DNA from: an uncultured Fibrobacteria bacterium
GTDB taxonomy: Bacteria; Fibrobacterota; Fibrobacteria; UBA11236
Reading direction: 5' to 3'
Length of the DNA stretch: 64,000 bases
NCBI GenBank assembly: GCA_963716395.1
Contig: OY970309.1
Span: 384,001 to 448,000, forward strand
The notes beneath the pieces are model-generated. The model had not been told where the DNA came from and made no database searches. It worked only from the letters and a program-made list of their open reading frames with translations. A program made the position numbers and the translations under genes. Shown here one piece after another: positions 32,633-46,095 of this stretch (positions within the stretch are counted from its first letter, which is position 1; every line of letters starts with the position of its first letter).

Positions 32633-34532
32633 GTTTCGTTCCTTGGCTTGTGGTTTGCGACGTTTTCGTTTCCGCTGTTTCCAAAATCCCGGCGCCCGGT
32701 GCGCGTTTCGCTTCGGCCGGGGCCGCCCGCAGCGTGAAGGAGAAGGTCGAGCCTTCGCCCACCTTGCTTTCCACGCCCACTTCGCCGCCATGCGCCAGCA
32801 CGATCTCTTTGACGATGGCCAGCCCCAATCCCGCGCCCGCGGGGTGGCCTGGTTCGGGCACGCGGAAAAACCGTTCGAACACGCGCGGCAGGTATTCGAC
32901 CGGAATGCCCGTGCCCGTATCCGTGACTTGGAAGCGCACGTGTTGATCCCGAGGTTCGGCGGCGATGCAAACTTCGCCGCCCGCATGGGTGTAGCGCAGG
33001 GCGTTGCCCAGTAGGTTGCCAAGAATCAGATGCACGCGGGTGGAATCGGCCAGCACCGCGGGAAGATCGCCCGGAATATCGGTGCGCAGTGTCACGCCTT
33101 TTTTCTGATACGCGGCGTGCACCGCGTCCACTGCGGGCTGCACAAGGTTCGGCACCGCCAAGGGCTTCAAATCCATGTCCAGGCGGCCGGCCTGGATGCG
33201 CCCGATGTCGAGCAGGCCCTCGATGATGCGATGCAGCCGATCTGCGTCTTCGCGCGCGGCCAGCACCAGCTCGGCCTGTTTGGGGTTCAGGTCGCCGACC
33301 TTTTCGTCGAGCAGGAGGTGCAGGGCCATGCGCACCGAAGTCAGCAGCGTTTTCAATTCATGCGACACCGTAGCCAGCAAATCGCTTTTGGTTTCGTCGA
33401 GCCGCCGCAACTCGGTGACATCGACCAGCACCAAGGTGACGCCGTTGAATCCCCGGCCCGCGTCCAGCACCGGAATCACCTGCGGCAGGAAAAAACCCTC
33501 GCGGCCGTCGCGAAAAATTTGAATGGCCGACTCATACCCCTTGGGAATGATGGGGCGCTGATCGCGAACCACGCGTTGAAACATTTCGCGCAGCCAGGGA
33601 ATGCCGAGGCTTTCGACCCGGGTGCCGGTTTTGATCCCGAACAAATCCGCGGCGGCCGGGTTGGTGATTTCGACCATGCCTCCAGCGTCAAGAATGGCCA
33701 CGGCGTCCGGCAGGCTGTTGATCGCCGTTTGGGTGGTTTGCTGGATGCGCACAAGGCGAGCCTGGTCGGTGCGCCGGAACTCGCGCAAACGCGCTGCCAT
33801 AGCATTGAAGGCCGCGGCGAGCTGGCCCATTTCGTCACGCGAGCGCACTTCGAGCACCAGATCCAGATTGCCCTTTTCAATTTCCTGCACCGACCGCGTC
33901 AGGGTTCGCATGGGTTTCAGAATCAGAGTCGCGGTGATGAGAATGACGGCGAGGATGAGTCCCAAGCCTGCCAGCAACAGGGCGTACAGCGCCTTGCTGG
34001 CCGCCAACGCCCGGTGTTTAACCTGGCCGTCGGCCGACAGAATGTTCTGCATGTTGAGTTCGGCAATCCGGCGCGTCAGGCCTTCGATGTCGCGGTAGGT
34101 CCCCAGCACCGAAGCCTGGTAGCGCGCCCGTCGCGCCGCCAGGGTGGCGTGTAGATCCAGGGCGGCGGGATAACGTTGCCGGTAAGCCTGCCAGGCCGCC
34201 GTCAGCCGGTCGGTCAGTTCCTGTTCGCCCGGAACCGTGACGTTACCCTGCTGGAAGCGCAGGCTGGAGTCGAAGGTGCGCACCGCAGCGGCCGCCGCCG
34301 CGGTGTCGACGCCGTGATCCTCCCACAGCGACACCAGGATGTTTTCGTTCAGGCTTTCCAAAGCTGAACGCATTTTCTCGCAGGCGGTGACCGTCTCGAG
34401 GTTTTCACGAAAAATTTTCTGAAAACTGGTGCTGACGCCTTTGATCACATGAATGCCGATACCGGACGCGAACAGAAGCACGGCGAACAAGCCGCCAAAA
34501 CCGAACAACAACTTCTGGCGAATCCCGAACAT
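32625..34532 (-). CDS. Membrane sensor histidine kinase (periplasmic helical domain, HAMP, PAS, HisKA, HATPase)
   Basis: Two TMs; HAMP DEMGQLAAAFNAM; PAS LPDAVAILD; H-box VSHELKT; NLLGNA, DTGTGI, GLGL. Confidence 0.9.
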   Translation of the reverse strand: MFGIRQKLLFGFGGLFAVLLFASGIGIHVIKGVSTSFQKIFRENLETVTACEKMRSALESLNENILVSLWEDHGVDTAAAAAAVRTFDSSLRFQQGNVTVPGEQELTDRLTAAWQAYRQRYPAALDLHATLAARRARYQASVLGTYRDIEGLTRRIAELNMQNILSADGQVKHRALAASKALYALLLAGLGLILAVILITATLILKPMRTLTRSVQEIEKGNLDLVLEVRSRDEMGQLAAAFNAMAARLREFRRTDQARLVRIQQTTQTAINSLPDAVAILDAGGMVEITNPAAADLFGIKTGTRVESLGIPWLREMFQRVVRDQRPIIPKGYESAIQIFRDGREGFFLPQVIPVLDAGRGFNGVTLVLVDVTELRRLDETKSDLLATVSHELKTLLTSVRMALHLLLDEKVGDLNPKQAELVLAAREDADRLHRIIEGLLDIGRIQAGRLDMDLKPLAVPNLVQPAVDAVHAAYQKKGVTLRTDIPGDLPAVLADSTRVHLILGNLLGNALRYTHAGGEVCIAAEPRDQHVRFQVTDTGTGIPVEYLPRVFERFFRVPEPGHPAGAGLGLAIVKEIVLAHGGEVGVESKVGEGSTFSFTLRAAPAEAKRAPGAGILETAETKTSQTTSQGTKHA

Positions 34533-34545
34533 ACCCCGTAACAAG

Positions 34546-34561
34546 GCAAGAAGAATGCCGA
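34546..34561 (-). promoter_or_regulatory. Putative sigma54 -24/-12 promoter for the kinase-kdp operon
   Basis: Minus strand TCGGCATTCTTCTTGC is GG-N10-GC with GGCA...TTGC. A sigma54 activator gene is adjacent. Confidence 0.55.
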
Positions 34562-34601
34562 AAAATCCGCTGCCATTCCGGGGCATTCGCTGAAAATTCG
34601 G

Positions 34602-35003
34602 GTGCGGGTGCGGGAGCCGTTGGACCCGCAGGGCAGAATGCAATGCCACCCTGGCAAAATGCACGGCAGCGCCGTGCGCCGACAATTCCGGGAAGCGCGT
34701 TACTTGTCCGAAAATTTCGGTCAGGCGTGTTCCGACACTTCCTTGCATCCGCCGGTTTCGGTGCAGCAACCGATTCTGCACGGCGACGTCAACTGGCTGA
34801 TGCTGGGCGCGCAGTCGTTCTCTATCCTCACCGCAGGCCCGCATGAAGTCAAAATCATGGATATGCAAGGCCGCGAGATGGAATCAATGCAAGGGTTGGG
34901 TCGGCAAATCTACGGGGTTTCGAACCTCGCGCACAATGCGGTGTATTATCTGGAGGTAAAAACCCCGCTGGGCACCGCCTTCAAGGCGTTCTTCCATAAC
35001 TAA
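34602..35003 (+). pseudogene. Orphan C-terminal sorting-like domain (fragment of a secreted protein; true start uncertain)
   Basis: HEVKIMDMQGRE...AVYYLEVKT resembles T9SS-type C-terminal domains. No signal peptide or catalytic domain. Confidence 0.45.
34632..34663. promoter_or_regulatory. Tandem putative enhancer (UAS) sites
   Basis: GGCAGAATGCA (34632) and GGCAAAATGCA (34653) have a 21-bp period and lie ~100-130 bp upstream of the predicted start site. Confidence 0.5.
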
Positions 35004-35006
35004 CGA

Positions 35007-36341
35007 TCAAATCCCGTATTTCTTGCGACGGCGCCACAAGGTGCTAAGGTCGACGCCCAGAATGCGGGCCGCCTCTTCCAAAGTTTTGGCGGCGGCCAGC
35101 ACGCGGCGAATATGGTTTTCTTCCACGGCGTCAAGGCTGAGATGGTCACTGGTCGGCGCGGCTCGCGAAGCTGCCAGTGCGGCCGGCAAATCCGCCAACC
35201 CCACGTCGGGGCCTTGGGCCACAATGCTGGCCCGTTCCATCACATTGCGCAGCTCGCGCACATTGCCCGGCCACCCGTAGTCGTGCAAAGCGCGTTCGGC
35301 TTCAGGGCTGAGCTGCAAGGCAACCCGGGAGTTTTGGCGCGTGAACCGGGCGAGAAAGCGCCGGGCCAGGGGCAGCACGTCGTCGGGACGATCGCGCAAG
35401 GCCGGCAATTCGATGGGAAAGACGTTGAGCCGGTACCACAGGTCTTCGCGGAACGCGCCTTCGGCCACGGCTTTTTCCAGGTCGCGGTTGGTGGCGGCCA
35501 CCACGCGCACGTCGGCCCGGCGGGTAACGCTCTCGCCGACCCGCTCGTAGGCATGCTCCTGCAAAAACCGCAGCAGCTTGGGTTGCACCGCAGCCGGCAA
35601 GTCGCCGACTTCATCCAGGAACAGGGTTCCCCCTTCGCATTGCGCCACGCGCCCCGGAGCGTCTTTGAAAGCCCCGGTGAAGGCGCCGCGCACATGCCCG
35701 AAAAGTTCGCTTTCGAGCAGCGCAGGAGACAGCGAAGGGCAGGAAACTTCGGCGAAGGGTTTGGCCGCGCGGCCGCTCCAGGCATGCAGGGTCCGCGCCA
35801 ATTCCCCCTTGCCGGTCCCACTTTCGCCCCGCAGTAACACACAGGTTTCGGTGGGCGCCACCTGCCGCGCCAGGGCCAGCGCCCGGTGCAGGGCGGGGCT
35901 CCGGCTTTCCCATTCCGCCTCGCCCGCGCGGGCCGGAGCCGCGGCCAAAGCGGCGGTATTACGGCGGCGTTCGGCCGCGCGCGCCGCCAGGGCGAGCACC
36001 TGATCGGGGGTGAAGGGTTTGGGCAGGTAATCGACCGCGCCTTTTTTCATGGCCGCCACCGCGGTTTCAACCGTGGCATAGGCCGTGATCATCACGATTT
36101 GAATGCCGGGACTCGCGGCCCGCAACGGTTCGATGAAATCGATGCCCTGCGTCGTACCCAGGCGCAAATCGAGAAAGGCCAGATCGAACGGCTGCCGCGC
36201 CGCGGCCTCCAAGGCGTCTTTGCCGTTGCCGACGGCGATGACGCGATAGCCGTCCAGTTCGAGGCAACGCACCAGGGTTTTGCGGAGATTGATTTCATCG
36301 TCGACGACGAGCACATCCAACGCGACCGGTCCGGAATTCAT
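35007..36341 (-). CDS. Sigma54-dependent response regulator (REC-AAA+-Fis HTH)
   Basis: LVVDD, FLDL, KPF, GESGTGK, ESELFGH, GAFTGA, WPGNVREL, AARILGV...LWRR. Confidence 0.95.
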   Translation of the reverse strand: MNSGPVALDVLVVDDEINLRKTLVRCLELDGYRVIAVGNGKDALEAAARQPFDLAFLDLRLGTTQGIDFIEPLRAASPGIQIVMITAYATVETAVAAMKKGAVDYLPKPFTPDQVLALAARAAERRRNTAALAAAPARAGEAEWESRSPALHRALALARQVAPTETCVLLRGESGTGKGELARTLHAWSGRAAKPFAEVSCPSLSPALLESELFGHVRGAFTGAFKDAPGRVAQCEGGTLFLDEVGDLPAAVQPKLLRFLQEHAYERVGESVTRRADVRVVAATNRDLEKAVAEGAFREDLWYRLNVFPIELPALRDRPDDVLPLARRFLARFTRQNSRVALQLSPEAERALHDYGWPGNVRELRNVMERASIVAQGPDVGLADLPAALAASRAAPTSDHLSLDAVEENHIRRVLAAAKTLEEAARILGVDLSTLWRRRKKYGI

Positions 36342-38178
36342 GGCCGAGAAGACTAACTTTTGCGCTTCGAGGTACGCATGCCCCACTCCCATCGCCTTCG
36401 TTTGGACCGCGGCGGCAGCCGTCTGCCTGGCCGCCATTTCCTGCCGCAAGTCCGAACCGGCCGCTTCTTCCGCAGCCGCGGCGCCGGCGGTCACGGCCGC
36501 CCCGGTGCAGGTCGATTCGACCGGCGAAGTCGACCCCATCGCCAATTCCGCCGCCGTGCCGGGCGGAACCTACACCGCCTGGGGCGGATCCTTTCCCAAG
36601 TCCCTGAACATGTGGCTCGACTACAACTCATTCTCCGCCGAAATCATGGGGTATTTGTTCGAAAACCTGGTGTCGCTGCACTCCACCAAAGACGAGCCCG
36701 TGGGCATGCTGGCCCAAAGCTGGGAGATTTCCAAAGACGGCAAAACCTTCACCTTTCATCTCGATCCCCGCGCGCGCTGGAGCGACGGCCAACCCATCAC
36801 GGCCGGCGACGTGCAGTTCTATTACGACGTGATCATGAATCCCCACAACATGACGCCCATTTTCCGCGTGGGGTTGCGGCGCTTCGACCGCCCCGAAGTC
36901 GTCGACAGCTTGACCCTGCGCATCCACGCGCATACCGCGCATTGGGCCAATTTCTGGGAGGCCGCCAATCTGGTGGCCTTTCCCCGCCATGTCTGGCAGG
37001 GCAAGGATTTCAACCAAATCCAGTTCGATTTTCCCGTGGTCAGCGGACCCTACGCCCTGGCCGAGGTGAAAATGGATCGTTACGTCGAACTGCGCCGGCG
37101 CGACGACTGGTGGGGACGGGTCAAACGTTACAATTTGCACAAGTTCAATTTCGCGCGCGTCAAATACCGCTTCATGGATGATCGCAACAAAGCCCTGGAA
37201 GCCTTCGAGAAAGGCGACTTCGACATCTACCCGGTGTACACGGCCTCTATCTGGGCCGAACAAACCAATTTCGACGCCATCCGCAAAGGCTGGGTGGTCA
37301 AACACAGCGTGTACAATCACGCGCCCATGGGCTATCAGGGCTTCGCCATCAACCTGCGCAAGCCGATGTTCCAAGACGTGCGCGTGCGCCAGGCCCTGTG
37401 TTATCTGCTCGACCGCGAACTCATGAACAACAAGCTCATGTTCAACCAGTACTTCCTGCTGAACTCGTATTATCCCGACCTGTATCCGAACCACGTGAAT
37501 CCCGACGCCCCCATGTTCCACTACGATCCGTCCAAGGCGCGCGCGCTGTTGGCCGCAGCCGGCTGGAAACCGGGGCCCGACGGCATTCTCACCCAAGACG
37601 GCCGGCGTTTTGAAATCACCTTGCCCACCGCCTCCACCGACCTGCGCCATTACACCCTCTACGTGCAGGATTTACAGAAGGCCGGCATCGCCGCCAAAAT
37701 CGAGCAGTTGTCACAGTCGACCTTGAGCAAACGCCTCGATCAGCATGACTTCGATCTCTACTGGTCGGCCTGGGGCGGCTCGCGCCTGCGCGACCCCGAA
37801 GCCAGTTGGTCTTCCGCCACCGCCGATCAAATCGCCTCCAACAATTTGGCCGGCGTGAAAGATTCGGTGATCGACAGCCTGATCGACGCGCAGAAAACCG
37901 AAATGAACCTGGGCAAACGTAACGACATTCTCCGCCGCCTCGACACGCGGCTGACGCAACTCGTTCCCGATGTGCTGCTGTGGGAGGTGGATCATTCCCG
38001 CATTCTGTACTGGAACAAGTTCGGCACGCCCAAGTATGTGTTCGACAAGTTCGATCAGGAAGACGGCATCGTCACCTACTGGTATCTGGATGGGGCCCGG
38101 GCCAAAACCCTGCAAGACGCCATGGCCGCGAACCGCGCCCTGCCGGTGGACACGGGCGCCGTGCATTATGGGGAATGA
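36340..38178 (+). CDS. Family 5 ABC substrate-binding lipoprotein (YejA-like); true start possibly ATG 36378 with an indel
   Basis: Lipobox AISC; NSAAVPGG; ARWSDGQPITAGDV; VVSGPY; RRRDDWW. Confidence 0.85.
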   Translation: MAEKTNFCASRYACPTPIAFVWTAAAAVCLAAISCRKSEPAASSAAAAPAVTAAPVQVDSTGEVDPIANSAAVPGGTYTAWGGSFPKSLNMWLDYNSFSAEIMGYLFENLVSLHSTKDEPVGMLAQSWEISKDGKTFTFHLDPRARWSDGQPITAGDVQFYYDVIMNPHNMTPIFRVGLRRFDRPEVVDSLTLRIHAHTAHWANFWEAANLVAFPRHVWQGKDFNQIQFDFPVVSGPYALAEVKMDRYVELRRRDDWWGRVKRYNLHKFNFARVKYRFMDDRNKALEAFEKGDFDIYPVYTASIWAEQTNFDAIRKGWVVKHSVYNHAPMGYQGFAINLRKPMFQDVRVRQALCYLLDRELMNNKLMFNQYFLLNSYYPDLYPNHVNPDAPMFHYDPSKARALLAAAGWKPGPDGILTQDGRRFEITLPTASTDLRHYTLYVQDLQKAGIAAKIEQLSQSTLSKRLDQHDFDLYWSAWGGSRLRDPEASWSSATADQIASNNLAGVKDSVIDSLIDAQKTEMNLGKRNDILRRLDTRLTQLVPDVLLWEVDHSRILYWNKFGTPKYVFDKFDQEDGIVTYWYLDGARAKTLQDAMAANRALPVDTGAVHYGE

Positions 38179-38302
38179 AAATCGCGAACACCAAATTGAA
38201 AATCCGGGTTTGAAGGCGTCGACCCTCACTGGGATTCGCAGACATACTGAACCTTCCGGGCCTTGCGGGTGACGATTTGAACTTTGATTTTTGACATCCA
38301 CC

Positions 38303-39316
38303 ATGCAGTCCTACGTCCTCCGCCGCCTGCTGCTCATGGTGCCGACTTTGTTCGGCATATCGCTGGCCTGCTTTCTGCTCACCCAATTCGTGCCCGGCGG
38401 GCCGGTCGAGCAGATGATTGCGCGCATCCAGCGCGTGGCGAGTGAAAAAGGGCGCGACGCCTCCACCGCGGTGACGCCCGAAGAAGTGGCCAACCTCCGC
38501 CGCTACTACGGTTTCGACCAACCCATTCCCGTGCGTTACCTGCGCTGGCTGGGTCGGGTGCTGCGTCTCGACTTCGGCCGCTCGTACACCTACGGCCAGC
38601 CGGTCTGGGACGTGATTCGCTCCAAGTTTCCCATCAGCCTGTTCTTCGGACTCACCTCGACTTTGCTCGCGTATACGATTTGCATTCCGCTGGGAATCGC
38701 CAAGGCCTTGCGGCACCGTTCGCGCTTCGACACCGGCTCGTCGGCGCTGCTGTTCGCCGGTTATGTCATGCCCGGCTTCGCCCTGGGCGTGTTGCTGCTC
38801 ACCTTTTTCGCAGGGGGCCGCTACCTGAATTGGTTTCCGCTCTCGAACATCGTGTCCGACGACTGGGAATCGCTGTCGCTGTTGGGCAAGACGGTCGACT
38901 TTTTGCACCACATGGCGCTGCCGCTTATCTGCTACATGGCCTCGGAGTTCGCCTTTCTCACCTTGCTGATGAAGAACGCGGTGCTCGAAGAGATGTCGAA
39001 GGACTACATGCGCACCGCCCTGCTCCAGGGCATGAGTCGCCGCCAGGCGGTGTGGAAGCACGCCCTGCGCAATGCGCTCATCCCCTTGGCCACCAACATC
39101 GGCGACATTTTCACCGTGTTCTTCGCCGGCGCCCTGCTGATCGAAAAGGTGTTCGACATCGACGGCATGGGCCTGCTCGTGTACAACTCCATCGAAAACC
39201 GTGACTACAACGTGGTGCTGGGCGTGATTATGATCTCGAGCTTTCTCGCCATGCTGGGCCGGTTGTTTTCGGATCTGGCCTACAACTGGGTCGACCCCCG
39301 CATCCGCTTCCAGTGA
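38303..39316 (+). CDS. ABC permease (YejB-like)
   Basis: YVLRRLLLMVPTLFGI, QFVPGGPVEQ, LLIEKVFDIDGMG, VDPRI. Confidence 0.9.
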   Translation: MQSYVLRRLLLMVPTLFGISLACFLLTQFVPGGPVEQMIARIQRVASEKGRDASTAVTPEEVANLRRYYGFDQPIPVRYLRWLGRVLRLDFGRSYTYGQPVWDVIRSKFPISLFFGLTSTLLAYTICIPLGIAKALRHRSRFDTGSSALLFAGYVMPGFALGVLLLTFFAGGRYLNWFPLSNIVSDDWESLSLLGKTVDFLHHMALPLICYMASEFAFLTLLMKNAVLEEMSKDYMRTALLQGMSRRQAVWKHALRNALIPLATNIGDIFTVFFAGALLIEKVFDIDGMGLLVYNSIENRDYNVVLGVIMISSFLAMLGRLFSDLAYNWVDPRIRFQ

Positions 39317-39326
39317 AAACCGGCGC

Positions 39327-40358
39327 ATGTTCTCGGATTTGACGCGCGAACGCTTCCGGCGTTTCCGCCGCAACCGGCGCGCCTGGTGGTCGTGCCTGAT
39401 TCTGGCCGCCGCCTTTGTGCTCTCGCTGGGGAGCGAAGGCATTTCCAACGACAAGCCGCTGTGCCTGCACTACCACAATTCCTGGTATTTCCCGGTGTTG
39501 CGCTTTTACCCGGGCACCCGCTTCGGCCTGCCCGACGCCACCGCGCCTGATTACCCGGCCTTGGCGCGCGATTCCTCGTTCCGTGCCGCCGGCGGGTGGA
39601 TGCTGTTCCCGCCCATCCGCTGGGGCCCGTACCGTTCCAACCTCGAATTGGCGGGAAACCCGCCCCAGCCTCCCTCGCTGCAGCATTGGTTGGGAACCGA
39701 CAGCACAGCCCGCGACGTGCTGTCGCGGCTTCTGTACGGGTTTCGTTTGTGCATGGCGTTCGCCCTCATCATCGCCTTGCTCTCGGCCCTGTTGGGCGTG
39801 GCCATCGGCGGATTGCAGGGCTATCTCGGCGGCGCCGTCGATTTGTCCGCCCAGCGCCTGATCGAAATCTGGTCGGCCCTGCCCTTTCTTTATGTCGTCA
39901 TTTTGCTGGGCGCCATTTACGGGCGCAGCTTCGCCTTGCTGGTGTTCGTGGTGACCCTTTTCAATTGGATCGGCTTGTCGTATTTCATGCGCGGCGAATT
40001 CTACCGGCTGAAAACGCTCACCTATGTGCGCGCCGCGCGCGCGCTCGGTATTCCCGAGTGGCGCATTTTCTGGCGCCATGTTTTTCCCAACGCCCTGACG
40101 CCCGTGGTCACCATTTTGCCGTTCACCTTGGTCTCGGGCATTTCCACCTTGACCTCGCTCGATTTTCTGGGGTTCGGGTTGCAGCCGCCGGCGCCCTCCT
40201 GGGGCGAATTGCTGCGCGAAGGCCTCGATAACCTGCAAGCGCCCTGGCTGGTGGTGGCCTCGGTTTCGGCCTTGTTCCTCACCCTGATGCTGGCCACCAT
40301 GGTGGGCGAAGGCGTGCGCGAGGCTTTCGATCCCAAAACCGAGGCGCGGTTGGAGTAG
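39327..40358 (+). CDS. ABC permease (YejE-like)
   Basis: RFRRNRRAWWS, NDKPL, HWLGTD, LTSLDFLGFGL, EGVREAFDP. Confidence 0.9.
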   Translation: MFSDLTRERFRRFRRNRRAWWSCLILAAAFVLSLGSEGISNDKPLCLHYHNSWYFPVLRFYPGTRFGLPDATAPDYPALARDSSFRAAGGWMLFPPIRWGPYRSNLELAGNPPQPPSLQHWLGTDSTARDVLSRLLYGFRLCMAFALIIALLSALLGVAIGGLQGYLGGAVDLSAQRLIEIWSALPFLYVVILLGAIYGRSFALLVFVVTLFNWIGLSYFMRGEFYRLKTLTYVRAARALGIPEWRIFWRHVFPNALTPVVTILPFTLVSGISTLTSLDFLGFGLQPPAPSWGELLREGLDNLQAPWLVVASVSALFLTLMLATMVGEGVREAFDPKTEARLE

Positions 40359-40364
40359 TAGGCG

Positions 40365-44251
<3,887 letters not shown>

Positions 44252-44440
44252 AGCAATTAATTAAAATGACGGCTGTATCAATTATTAGCGCATTATGAAT
44301 CCCCTTTTGAATTGAAAAAAGTGGGTTCAAATTGAAAAGAAATTATTTGCCTCATTTTTGAAAATCAATGGCTCCGATTGGATTAAGAAAAATAGATTTT
44401 TAGTGGGGATTAACTTTTACTTGTTTTCATATACTACTCT

Positions 44441-45511
44441 ATGAAAATCCTCTTTATCAAATACGCAGCCATCGGCGATGTCCTAAATGCAACGCCAGCC
44501 ATTCGAGGATTAAGACATAAATTTCCTTTCGCACAAATTGACTGCCTCGTAGGACAGTGGTCAGCTCCTGTCCTACAACACAATACCAATATCAGCAACA
44601 TTATTGCCTTCGATGAAAAAATTTTTACGCCTAAACGAATCAAGGAAATGCTGGCCTTGGCCTTTCGATTGCGGAAAGAAAAGTATGACATTAGCATCTG
44701 CTTACATCGTAGCATGATGATACATGCTTGGACCTGGCTTATAGGGGCAAAACGCCGAATTGGGTTTATCAATAATAAGGCTGCTTCCGTTTTTTTGACG
44801 AATTTCCTCGTCGAAGATTCGTATTCCAAGTCCCGTCAACATGAAATATTGTACTACAACGAGGTTATTGCTCCTTTGGGGACCAATTCCGGGGTGGAAA
44901 TGGAATACTTTCTTCCCGAACCAACTGCAAATGCGAAAGCATTCGTTGCTACCAATTTCACCCTTTCTACGAGAAAAAAAGTTGGGATGTGTGCCGGCGG
45001 TGCGAGAAACCTGGTATTGACGGAATCGCGACGACAATGGTTTTTGGACTCCTACCAAGAAGTAATCCGTGATATGCCGGACTGCGATTTTGTTTTGTTT
45101 GGCGCTGATTTCGATCGGTATACTGTCGAAGCTATGCAGAAACAAGGTTTAAAAAATGTCATTGATGCTGTAGGTTCCTTTTTACTTTCCGATACAGCCT
45201 ATTTGATAGGGAAATGTGACGTGTTTATTACTCATGACACGGGTTTAATGCACGTCGCCTCCGCAATGAAAGTGCCCCAAGTTGTGATTTTCGGTCCGAC
45301 TTCTCCAACACGCCGGGCGCCTCTTAACGAAAACACGCTACTTCTTTATACGCACGAAGCGTGTTCCCCTTGCTATCGACCAACTGAAAACACGTTCGCC
45401 CCATGCAATCACATCAATTGCCTTCGGAAAATAAAGCCCGACATGGTAGTAGATGCGCTACGAAGAGCCTTATCCGGGGCTTTGGACCGCCAAGAGCGTG
45501 ATCACAGGTAG
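44441..45511 (+). CDS. GT9 (heptosyltransferase-like) glycosyltransferase
   Basis: AIGDVL, THDTGLMHVA, IFGPT, CSPC...C....C. Confidence 0.9.
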   Translation: MKILFIKYAAIGDVLNATPAIRGLRHKFPFAQIDCLVGQWSAPVLQHNTNISNIIAFDEKIFTPKRIKEMLALAFRLRKEKYDISICLHRSMMIHAWTWLIGAKRRIGFINNKAASVFLTNFLVEDSYSKSRQHEILYYNEVIAPLGTNSGVEMEYFLPEPTANAKAFVATNFTLSTRKKVGMCAGGARNLVLTESRRQWFLDSYQEVIRDMPDCDFVLFGADFDRYTVEAMQKQGLKNVIDAVGSFLLSDTAYLIGKCDVFITHDTGLMHVASAMKVPQVVIFGPTSPTRRAPLNENTLLLYTHEACSPCYRPTENTFAPCNHINCLRKIKPDMVVDALRRALSGALDRQERDHR

Positions 45512-46036
45512 GCTCCTCCGAATGAACTACCCGCAGCGCATTCCGGCTTCGATGGTCAAGGTATCGAGACAGAAACGATGAATACCGCGATACGAAATGT
45601 CTTCAGGATCGCGACTCTCTTTGGCACGCCCGTTTCAGCGAGTGAACTCTTTCGCCATAGGCGGAGACCGAGGAGGGAAGAACATCGCTCCTACGACTAT
45701 GCCGCACCCGCCTATGGTGGACGTGGTATAGTACCTGTGAGGGCAAATGAGGCCTCAGACATCAACCGCCCAATGCTAAATGATAAAGAGCGAAAAACCT
45801 ATTTATCTGTAAATTATGTTTGAAAACCGCACACTTCTTTTGAAAAAAGATTCGCCAAGAGCCGGACGCCATACGAGTCATTTTGCAAATATCAATTATT
45901 AGAAGTTAATCAAACTAAATAGCAATATGTTTTATTACTTATTCGAATGCTTGTCCCCTTTGATAATTCGATATAAATATTGGCTGACTAACTGGAAATT
46001 ATTATCGAATAATACAGACGCGTCCTCTTCCGTTAG

Positions 46037-46079
46037 TTTACACATCGAACCCATAATTTACACATCGAACCCATAATTT
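46037..46079. repeat. Perfect 20-bp tandem duplication upstream of the GT9 gene
   Basis: tttacacatcgaacccataa x2, followed by ttt. Confidence 0.9.
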
Positions 46080-46095
46080 TGTAAATGGAATAGTT

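Noticed and set aside
45515-45823. 81-aa ORF and an AACTACCCGCAGC motif reminiscent of IS200/IS605 ends
   Set aside because: No complementary arm or transposase, and the ORF has no recognisable family.
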